Positions 56,561 to 64,000 of a DNA stretch of 64,000 nucleotides are shown here, piece after piece (position 1 is the first letter of the stretch; each line of letters begins with the position of its first letter). Both the position numbers and the translations under genes were made by a program. Origin of the DNA: a virus; the IMG/VR virus record IMGVR_UViG_3300047585_000208, positions 64,001 through 128,000 of that record; one strand, given 5' to 3'. Below the pieces are notes generated by a model. The model searched no databases, was not told the origin of the DNA, and saw nothing but the letters and a program-made list of their open reading frames with translations.

Positions 56561-57328
56561 ATGAACATTCGAGTTTACGTGGACAAGGTTGCAGCGCTTA
56601 AGGCCGGGACTGATCAGCATGGATATATGATCATTCCCATCCCAGCGCAGCTTATTTCGGTAGACCGCCGGAATATTCTTGCGAGATTTCCTTGCGCGAC
56701 CAATGAGAACGTGGTTACAGCGGATTTCTATTTGGATGACGAATCTCATCTTGCCAAGCATCATGATCTTGGTGGACTACTCGAATTTGACCATTCGCCT
56801 AGTTGTAACGATGTCTTTGACGCCCTGGATCAAGTCGGAGCTCGCCTTGCAGATATTGAGCGAGGTAGAGGTAAAATGCGCACTTGGGCTGAAGAGAATG
56901 GCTCAGACGCGCTTAAATCTTTGATAGCAAACAATCTTGAGTGGGAAGAGCTTGCAGCAGAAGAACTGGTGCAAGCTAACATTGAGGCATTAGAGCTTGG
57001 GCTCCAGCCAGCTGGCTGTAGTGAAGAGCGTGGGCACTGCCTTATGTATACGGATAAAGAGCGGCTGTCTCCGGAAGAGACTCAGTTTTTGCAAACTGTG
57101 ATTGACAGAGTGCAAGAAGTTTCAGAGATTTCTCCTGGTAGTCTCCCGGTTAAAGTTGAACCGGTTGAGGCGCTTTATGTGCAGCCGCATGATTGTCAGC
57201 CTGATGGGTGTTGTCCAGTTTGTATGAATGCAGACTCAATTGAAGAGAATTGGCGATCTGAGATTCGGATGACTTTTAGGTTGCCAGACCGCAGTTTGTT
57301 TGATGAGTTCTTTATTTTGGAAGCCTAA
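56561..57328 (+). CDS. hypothetical protein
   Basis: 255-aa acidic ORF. Confidence 0.7.
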   Translation: MNIRVYVDKVAALKAGTDQHGYMIIPIPAQLISVDRRNILARFPCATNENVVTADFYLDDESHLAKHHDLGGLLEFDHSPSCNDVFDALDQVGARLADIERGRGKMRTWAEENGSDALKSLIANNLEWEELAAEELVQANIEALELGLQPAGCSEERGHCLMYTDKERLSPEETQFLQTVIDRVQEVSEISPGSLPVKVEPVEALYVQPHDCQPDGCCPVCMNADSIEENWRSEIRMTFRLPDRSLFDEFFILEA

Positions 57329-57447
57329 CTGCCCAATTAGTGTTTAGCATCAAGTCCGGGGTCAGCGCCCCGGGCTTTTTGTTTTGGCGTGGTTCGCTCG
57401 TGTAGTCGCTGGTGCTTATTGGCACTGGCCAACAGAGGAGCAGTATT

Positions 57448-57774
57448 ATGTTAGCGCAGCAGAGCCGTAGTGGTGGCCTGGTTACCACTGAGCGTAAGGT
57501 GAAGTTATGGGGACCTGAAGAAAGATTCCCAGTAGGACCACGAGGTGAAATCGAAGACTTCGTGTCGGCAAAGAGTTTGCCAGAATGGGTACAGGATAAG
57601 TTGTTTGAGGAGAATTTCCCAAAGAAGGTCGTTGGTGGCAATTTGGTTTACTACCAGGTCTCGCTAGTGCAGAAATGGTACGACATCGAGTTCGTTAAAT
57701 TGCCAGACCCAGAAGAACTTCGAAAATCGTATCAACGGTTGCTGGAAATTCTCTATCGCTCTCGTTCGGATTAG
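57448..57774 (+). CDS. hypothetical protein
   Basis: GAGGAG RBS. Confidence 0.6.
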   Translation: MLAQQSRSGGLVTTERKVKLWGPEERFPVGPRGEIEDFVSAKSLPEWVQDKLFEENFPKKVVGGNLVYYQVSLVQKWYDIEFVKLPDPEELRKSYQRLLEILYRSRSD

Positions 57775-57868
57775 TTGGACGTCAGTCTGTAGGCTAAGGA
57801 CGGCTAACCTGCGCGGGGCGGTGAACTTGTGGTTCACCGCCCCATTTTTATTTTCATGGAGATTTCGA

Positions 57869-58324
57869 ATGCTTTTACCAGCCAAAAAGCCAAGTAAGTT
57901 GGCTAGGTTTTTCGCGACGATAGCTGGAGCAGTAGCTATCTGTCATCTAGAGATCAAAAATGCGATTACGAAGTACTTCGGGCTTAACGCGCTTTGCAAA
58001 TGCCAGCTTGCTGCGCAAAACCAGATTTTACTTCTTCAATCGCGAGTTAGCGAGTTAGAAGCCACAGCGGCAGTCCAGCAAAACAAACTCGATGAGCTTG
58101 AGCGCCGCTTTGAAAATGCTTTTGACGCCTGGATGCTGGACGAACAAATCAAAGACGAACTCGAAGTTGGAAGAAGTGATACTCTGGACGGCCTACTGGA
58201 CACGCTGGAGATTGGTGAAATTAAAATCGGCTCAGACGAGCCGACTAGGGCTCCGTCTCCAGTTGAGCTAGCTTCAAGACAAGAAGACCTCATTGTTGCG
58301 AGCTTGGATGGTGCAGTATCTTAA
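57869..58324 (+). CDS. coiled-coil hypothetical protein
   Basis: GGAG RBS after a terminator-like hairpin. Confidence 0.65.
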   Translation: MLLPAKKPSKLARFFATIAGAVAICHLEIKNAITKYFGLNALCKCQLAAQNQILLLQSRVSELEATAAVQQNKLDELERRFENAFDAWMLDEQIKDELEVGRSDTLDGLLDTLEIGEIKIGSDEPTRAPSPVELASRQEDLIVASLDGAVS

Positions 58325-58418
58325 TCTGAATTTGCAGAGTTGAGTAATGCATTACTCAACTCTGCTACCTTACAATAATGAATAGGGGTCGATTTGTTAT
58401 TTGTAGCCGGTGAGAACT

Positions 58419-60155
58419 ATGCCTTTTAAGAGCAAAGCCCAGCAAAGGTGGATGTTTGCCGCAGAATCTCGCGGTGAAGTGGCTAAGGGTACGGCCAAAG
58501 AGTGGGCTCACGCTACGAAGAGCATAAAAGCACTACCTGACCACGCAAAGAAAAAAAAGCATAAGAAGAAAGCTTCTGAGATAAAGCTCTTTCAGCAAGC
58601 AGGTTTAGTAAAGCTATCTTGGCCTGCTCCGCAACAAAGTCAGCCTCAGGCTCTTGGAGCACCTTTGCTACAAGCTCAGCCTAACCCAGCTCAGCAAACT
58701 CAAGCAGCCCCAACTCCTCAGCCCATTGGGGCTTCGCAGCAAAGTCCGCCTGGGCAGCCTAAGCCGTCTGTAATTGGTGCTACTCCACCAACGCAGGCTA
58801 GCCCGCATTTGCAGCGTCATCAAGCAATCAACGGAATGTTGGGCGTTCCGACCGCCAAAATGGCTGCGGTAAGAAATGAAATCTACAATAAAGTCAACAC
58901 GGGGCGTATTCCAGTTGCTGAAGCTCTTGCAAAGGTAGCTTCGCAGGTTAAGCAGTCTGATTGGCCTTATCAAGGCGGCGTGTACGGAACATTTCCTGGA
59001 AGCGGTGGTATGCCTGGGGGCATGGGAATGCTTCCGCCAGGGATGATGGGTGGATACCCTGGATTTCCTCAAGACCCCTATACAACTGCATTAGGCCAAC
59101 TCGATCAGCGAAGAAGGGTTTTGTCTGAGCGTTTTTATAACGGTCCCATGACACCAGAGCAATATCAAACCTCTATCCGCGACCTTGAGACTCGCCAGAA
59201 TGTGTTGCGGCAAGAGACTTACGGTAATCAGGGTAACGCGGGACGTGGTCAGCCTGGCTATGCGCAACAAGGCGCTAGACAGCTGCCAGCAGAGTATCAG
59301 CAGCAATTTCAAAGAAATCAAGCAGCGCACGATAGGGCCGTTGAGTTAGCTCGTCGGCAAATTACGACCCCTGGTCGTTTGTCGCAGCTTGAGCAGTTTA
59401 ATCCGCAGCTTTTTGAACAACTTCGACAAGAGTTTACTCCACCCGGGGTTGACCCAATGTCCGTTGATCAGCAGTTTAACGACTACATTTCTGGCCGAGG
59501 ACAGCTGCCAGCTAATAACCGTATTTCGAACGAAGTTCGGCAACAGTTGCGGCAGTTCACGGCTACGAGTCCTTATGTAGCTCAAATGCGACAACAGCCG
59601 TGGTACAACCAGATACCGCAAGCAGAGAGAGCCGAGGCTGAACAAAACTGGATTAATAACCAAGTTCAAAATCCTTCTCTGCAGCAAGTTCAAGGTGATC
59701 CTGAGCACCAAAGGCACTTAAACGCCGGATCGCAGCAGCAGCAACAGCTCGCTAGAGATGTTGAAGCCCATCTGCGCGACCCTGCTTCTCAGAACTGGTC
59801 TCAGACTGCACAGAGTTGGCAGCAGTATTGGCAGCCGACAGGAACTGGGGCCTACAGTGCACCTAGTCAGCCAGCTGGTGGGTCTTCTTTTGCGATAGCC
59901 AGGTCAGCTCCAGCAACTAACGCAACTTCTAATAATGGCTGGAGTGCGGGTGGTGGAAGTTGGAATGGTGCGGCTTCTGCACCAGTTGCAGCGCAACCAC
60001 AATCGCCACCTGCAGCACAAATTCAACCACAGCAAGCTGCACAGGCTCCGTCGCAACAACCGGCACAACCTGTACAGCAAGCTCCTGCTTCTGTAATGCC
60101 TACTGCGCCGAGTGCTCCTACTGCAGCTAGACCTGTACCTCACTGGACAAGTTGA
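58419..60155 (+). CDS. Q/P/G-rich low-complexity protein, probable virion component
   Basis: MPFKSKAQQRWMFA N-terminus; KxA motifs. Confidence 0.65.
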   Translation: MPFKSKAQQRWMFAAESRGEVAKGTAKEWAHATKSIKALPDHAKKKKHKKKASEIKLFQQAGLVKLSWPAPQQSQPQALGAPLLQAQPNPAQQTQAAPTPQPIGASQQSPPGQPKPSVIGATPPTQASPHLQRHQAINGMLGVPTAKMAAVRNEIYNKVNTGRIPVAEALAKVASQVKQSDWPYQGGVYGTFPGSGGMPGGMGMLPPGMMGGYPGFPQDPYTTALGQLDQRRRVLSERFYNGPMTPEQYQTSIRDLETRQNVLRQETYGNQGNAGRGQPGYAQQGARQLPAEYQQQFQRNQAAHDRAVELARRQITTPGRLSQLEQFNPQLFEQLRQEFTPPGVDPMSVDQQFNDYISGRGQLPANNRISNEVRQQLRQFTATSPYVAQMRQQPWYNQIPQAERAEAEQNWINNQVQNPSLQQVQGDPEHQRHLNAGSQQQQQLARDVEAHLRDPASQNWSQTAQSWQQYWQPTGTGAYSAPSQPAGGSSFAIARSAPATNATSNNGWSAGGGSWNGAASAPVAAQPQSPPAAQIQPQQAAQAPSQQPAQPVQQAPASVMPTAPSAPTAARPVPHWTS

Positions 60156-60191
60156 GTAATGCGTTACTCAACTTTACGACTGGACTTTGAT

Positions 60192-61808
60192 ATGCTTCAG
60201 CAAGATAAATTGCCTGAGACCTTGGCCAAAGCCGCTTCTCACTTGAAGAAGGCGGATCCTCCGTATAGCCCTTATGGCTATCCCCCCATGGGCTATCAGC
60301 CAATGGGCTACGGAATGCCTCAGCAATCCTTTACGCCGTATAACCCTTATGGCGGCTGGACTACTCCCGGTGGTTACGGTGGTCCAACTACAAGCGGCCA
60401 GGGCCAAAATCCCGCTTCAACGGGTGGTGGTGTTGTTCAGCAGCTTGCTAATACTGCCGCATCCAACGCGTATCGTCCGTCCTACGACGCGCAGCGCGAG
60501 CTCAACGATTTGAACGAGGCTCGAACAAACTACACTATTCGCCCCGATCAACATCCAACATCTACTGTTGGTAGAACTGACATCGATAAAGCTCTACAGC
60601 AACTTCGCGATATGGCACAGAATGTAAGTTTGTCCAGTAATGCGGAGGCTAGCTCGGTAACTGATCCGGTCACGGGAAAACCAGTTAGTTTGATGCATTC
60701 GCAATCTTCTATTCCGTGGCTCAATATCAGTAGTGAGTGGTGGAAAGGTGATAACTGGAGAGCATATCAAAAAGCCAAATCAGAGTATCAGACTCTCGCT
60801 GACCGGTACAAGGAGCAGCGAACCAAGGCTTTGCCGCAGATTCAGTCGAATCTCGATCAGCGCCGGCGAATGGTGCAGAATCAAATGCAACAAGGGCGGC
60901 AGCTTGAAAATCGTTCGCTTGATACTGCAATGGGTCGTGAACAAAACATGTACGATCAAGCCCAAGGCTGGAATACCGCCCACATGCAGCGATTTATGAA
61001 TCCGCCAGGGATGCCACCGATGGGCGGGATAGGTGGTGGAGTTGGGGGTGGGATGGGTGCAACTGGCGGTATGCCTCATTTGCCGCACCTGGGTGGCGGT
61101 GGGATGACAAGAAGCGCTAGCTTTACTGAGAGTCTGGCGAAGTGCGCAGCTGAAGTTCAAGATACTGACAGCGCTTCTCCAATTGTTGCCGGTGCTTTAG
61201 CAGGAGCTCCTGCTCTCGCTGGCGCTGCCCATCAAATGAATTGGTCCGTTCCGCAGGCGCTTAAAGGTATGTCTGCTGCAGGTGGGCTCATGGGAACGGC
61301 TTCCGGAGCCATGGGTAACAGAGTTGGAGCAGACATCGGGTCTGCTATGGCTGTTCCAAAGCTCGTACAAGAAGCTCTAGCTCTTTCTAAGGCTCAACCT
61401 GTTGTTAAACCAGGAATGACCTTCTCTCACGATCTTGGCACAGCCGCCCGTAATGCCTCAATGATGACTGGCCGAGCTGGAGCTGTTGGCCAGGAGCTTG
61501 GTAAGTATAAAGGCCTTGGAGCGGCTCTAGCTGGAGTACTAGCTCCTCAAGGCGCTTATGCTGCTCGAAAGGGTATTGATAAGCTCCGCGGTAAAGACGA
61601 GAAGAAAGCTTCAATTGGCGAGTGCGAAACTCCTCCTTGCCATAAGAACATCCCAATGGCTGGGCGAATGGCAACGAAACAGCCAATGGCTAAGAAAAAG
61701 CCCAGTGATCCGTTTACCTCAGTAATGCGAGACATGAAAGAGAACAAGATGGCAGCTCTTGACCGTATTACAGAAGAGGCAATTCGAGTAATGCATTACT
61801 CAAAATAA
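60192..61808 (+). CDS. G/M/P-rich protein, probable virion component
   Basis: Shares LAKxA motifs with the preceding gene. Confidence 0.65.
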   Translation: MLQQDKLPETLAKAASHLKKADPPYSPYGYPPMGYQPMGYGMPQQSFTPYNPYGGWTTPGGYGGPTTSGQGQNPASTGGGVVQQLANTAASNAYRPSYDAQRELNDLNEARTNYTIRPDQHPTSTVGRTDIDKALQQLRDMAQNVSLSSNAEASSVTDPVTGKPVSLMHSQSSIPWLNISSEWWKGDNWRAYQKAKSEYQTLADRYKEQRTKALPQIQSNLDQRRRMVQNQMQQGRQLENRSLDTAMGREQNMYDQAQGWNTAHMQRFMNPPGMPPMGGIGGGVGGGMGATGGMPHLPHLGGGGMTRSASFTESLAKCAAEVQDTDSASPIVAGALAGAPALAGAAHQMNWSVPQALKGMSAAGGLMGTASGAMGNRVGADIGSAMAVPKLVQEALALSKAQPVVKPGMTFSHDLGTAARNASMMTGRAGAVGQELGKYKGLGAALAGVLAPQGAYAARKGIDKLRGKDEKKASIGECETPPCHKNIPMAGRMATKQPMAKKKPSDPFTSVMRDMKENKMAALDRITEEAIRVMHYSK

Positions 61809-61898
61809 ATTTGACGTTTGAATTTCGTTTTAATAAGTTAAGAGCTGAGTAATGCATTACTCAGCTCTTTTCGTTTTCGTTCAGAGGAATTACTCTTT

Positions 61899-62204
61899 AT
61901 GACCGATTTGGAAATTGAGCAGGCTGTTGGAACAGCGCTTCGCGATTTAGCTGGAATTCCGCATCCGTGTTCTTTAGAGGACACTGACTGGTTTGTAAGA
62001 CGCTGCATTGAAGCTGCCAAAATTCTGTCTTTTCCAGTTACTCATACCATGATTCGCGATTGGGCAGCTGGATTTCTGTCTGAGCCAACGTCAAGGCCGT
62101 ATCAGGTTGCAAAACCTGAAGTTGGCCTTATAGTTACTCAAGTTCCTGATTTGCCAGAAGAACCGCACGCAACGGCTTCTCCGGCTGAGGAATTTGATTT
62201 CTAA
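61899..62204 (+). CDS. hypothetical protein
   Basis: GAGGA RBS. Confidence 0.6.
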   Translation: MTDLEIEQAVGTALRDLAGIPHPCSLEDTDWFVRRCIEAAKILSFPVTHTMIRDWAAGFLSEPTSRPYQVAKPEVGLIVTQVPDLPEEPHATASPAEEFDF

Positions 62205-62424
62205 GGTTTCTGGGAAGGAGCAACTAGTGTTAGATGCTACGCACGGTCCTTACGGTAAACTGGTTTGGCGCTTTGATATAACCAGGAGATATAGTAGCGA
62301 TATTCAGTTGAATGAGGCTCTTAGAGAAAGCGGTGGATGGGTTCACGTTATTAATAGCCGAGTTGGTTACTGGTCTGAAGTAACTTCACCTGACACACAG
62401 TCTCCTATAGTCTACAATGCTTTT

Positions 62425-63003
62425 ATGAAACTGGCAACATGGGCTAAAGAGCATGGTATCGCTTACATCACGGCCTGGCGATGGTTCAAATACGGTAAGC
62501 TCCCGGTGCCGGCCATCAAGACGGCAACGGGAATGATCTTGGTAATGCCGTCCGCAGTGCCAACAACGTTGCCAACATTTGTTTATGCTCGCGTGTCATC
62601 ACCGAACAAGAAAGGCGACCTTGACAGGCAGGCGCAACGCGCTGTTGACTTCTGCTCTGCAAAGGGATGGACGGTTGAAGTTGTGGTCAAAGAAATAGCC
62701 TCTGGCATGAATGACAAACGTCGCCGTCTTGATAAGTTGTTGGACCGGGGGCCAGCCCGGTTGGTTATTGAGCACAAAGATCGATTAACTCGTTTCGGTT
62801 TCGGATATTTTGACAAACTGCTTCCAAAGCTTGGATGGGAGCTTGTCGTCATGAATCGAGATAGCGAAGCCAAGGACGACATGATGAAGGATCTTATAGC
62901 CGTCATTACCAGTTTTTGTTGTCGGTTATATGGATTGCGGCGAGGGCAGAAAAAAGCCAAGGAACTTAAGGACGCATTGCCATGCGAAGAGCCTGTAAAA
63001 TAA
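62425..63003 (+). CDS. tnpA: IS607-family serine recombinase TnpA
   Basis: MKLATWAK...TAWRW HTH; YARVSS, EIASGMN, DRLTRFG and RLYGLR motifs. Confidence 0.93.
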   Translation: MKLATWAKEHGIAYITAWRWFKYGKLPVPAIKTATGMILVMPSAVPTTLPTFVYARVSSPNKKGDLDRQAQRAVDFCSAKGWTVEVVVKEIASGMNDKRRRLDKLLDRGPARLVIEHKDRLTRFGFGYFDKLLPKLGWELVVMNRDSEAKDDMMKDLIAVITSFCCRLYGLRRGQKKAKELKDALPCEEPVK

Positions 63004-64000
63004 GCCTGGAGTTCGTGACTGCCAGCAAGCGTCGGCGCATCGACGCTTTGCTTCGTCGTTATCGGTCGGCGGTCAATTTCTACGTCAATGAATGCTGGTT
63101 TCGCGACGGCAGCTTGAACGCCGTTACTTTGACAACTCTCCATGATAGTCTCCTTTCGCAGCGGTACAAATCTCAGGCGCTCAAGCAAGCTACCGAGATG
63201 GTGGCCGCGACTCGAAAATCAGCGAAGGCCCTCGGCAAGACAGCTTCGTGCCCACATTTCACGGGTGCCGCAATCCTTGACGCCAAGTTTGTTGACGTGG
63301 TTATTGAGGATCGTGGGCCTTTGTTTGACGTGTTCGTGAAGCTGTCTGGGCTTGTCAAGGGTAAGCGTATAACTCTTCCCCTTAAAGCCACAGCGGTATT
63401 GCGAAAGTGGCTCAATGTTAATGACGCGCGCCTCATTCAAGGATGCGCATTGTCCGAGACAGGAATAGTTCTTTGGGTTGAGGCAAGCGCTCCGGCGCAT
63501 CGCAAGGAAGGTGATGTTATTGCTGTCGATCTTGGCCTGTGCAAGCTTGTGGCCACATCCGAAGGCAAGTTTCTTGGCACTGAGTTCCGTGCGATCCGCG
63601 ACAAAATCAATCGTAGAAAGATGGGCAGCAAGGGGCGTAGCCAAGCGCATCGCGAGCGTGACAACCTTATCGGGTATGTACTGAATCGCCTTCCTTGGCA
63701 TCGCCTGAAAGCAATAGGCCGCGAGGATCTTCGCGGCATCAAGCATGGAAAGAAGCCCGGTCGCGGGAAATCTTTCCGTAGAGCCATCGCACCTTGGGTA
63801 CATCGCCAGGTTGCCGAACGTCTCGATAACAAGGCCCTGGAGAACGGTGTTCTTCCAGTCGTCTACGAGGCCAGAGGCACTTCCCGATCGTGCCCCGAGT
63901 GTGGCAGTTGCGACAGTGGTAATCGTAAGGGAGAATCCTTTCTGTGCTTGTCCTGCGGCCACGCAGAGGACGCCGATATTGTCGGAGCGCGGAATGGGCT
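62982..64000 (+). CDS. tnpB: IS607-associated TnpB, 3' end outside window
   Basis: ATG at 62982 overlapping tnpA; open to the window end; AVDLG, REDL, CPEC/CLSC and DADIVGARN motifs. Confidence 0.9.
   Translation, partial: MRRACKISLEFVTASKRRRIDALLRRYRSAVNFYVNECWFRDGSLNAVTLTTLHDSLLSQRYKSQALKQATEMVAATRKSAKALGKTASCPHFTGAAILDAKFVDVVIEDRGPLFDVFVKLSGLVKGKRITLPLKATAVLRKWLNVNDARLIQGCALSETGIVLWVEASAPAHRKEGDVIAVDLGLCKLVATSEGKFLGTEFRAIRDKINRRKMGSKGRSQAHRERDNLIGYVLNRLPWHRLKAIGREDLRGIKHGKKPGRGKSFRRAIAPWVHRQVAERLDNKALENGVLPVVYEARGTSRSCPECGSCDSGNRKGESFLCLSCGHAEDADIVGARNG

Larger units (their letters stand above)
1706..61863. repeat. dispersed 18-bp palindrome TGAGTAA-N4-TTACTCA, about 32 copies
   Basis: Copies start at 1706, 3626, 3935, 5500, 7262, 8631, 9674, 17055, 17387, 17658, 20958, 24048 (degenerate), 24375, 25431, 25821, 29499, 31630, 33422, 35667, 38728, 40676, 41306, 41620, 44583, 46667, 48647, 51147, 55567, 58341, 60153, 61785, 61846. 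Read by eye. Confidence 0.95.

Noticed and set aside
1706-61863. Calling the dispersed palindromes a canonical CRISPR array
   Set aside because: Spacing is irregular (61 bp to over 7 kb) and the intervals contain whole genes.
1-64000. Stop-codon reassignment
   Set aside because: Core genes are intact in the standard code, and TAA, TGA and TAG all end genes.

Overview
The window looks like 64 kb of a large dsDNA bacteriophage genome. Genes are dense, essentially all on the + strand, and read in the standard code. There is a replication/recombination module: SbcD and SbcC, SF2 helicase, DnaB-like helicase, primase, a UDG-fused family A polymerase, SSB-like, RecA, RuvC and a DEDDh exonuclease. 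Nucleotide and RNA-repair genes include an RNA ligase, Thg1-like, HD and MazG-like genes. A probable virion block starts near the right (portal-like, proteases, glycosyltransferases, Q/P/G-rich proteins), and there are three TnpB-bearing IS elements. The most unusual signals: (1) about 32 dispersed copies of an 18-bp palindrome TGAGTAA-N4-TTACTCA, mostly at gene junctions (stop codon, palindrome, RBS); (2) about 14 divergent small Gly-rich ORFs, often bracketed by that palindrome like cassettes; (3) an orphan Cas12m (type V-U1)-like protein with an apparently intact RuvC D-E-D triad, no CRISPR array nearby, and a palindrome over its stop codon; (4) a degenerate IS110-like protein inside the replication operon; (5) a membrane-anchored tandem ubiquitin-like protein ending in GG; (6) a branched structured-RNA candidate. 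All protein calls come from motif recognition by eye, not database searches. No tRNA, rRNA or CRISPR array was recognised.
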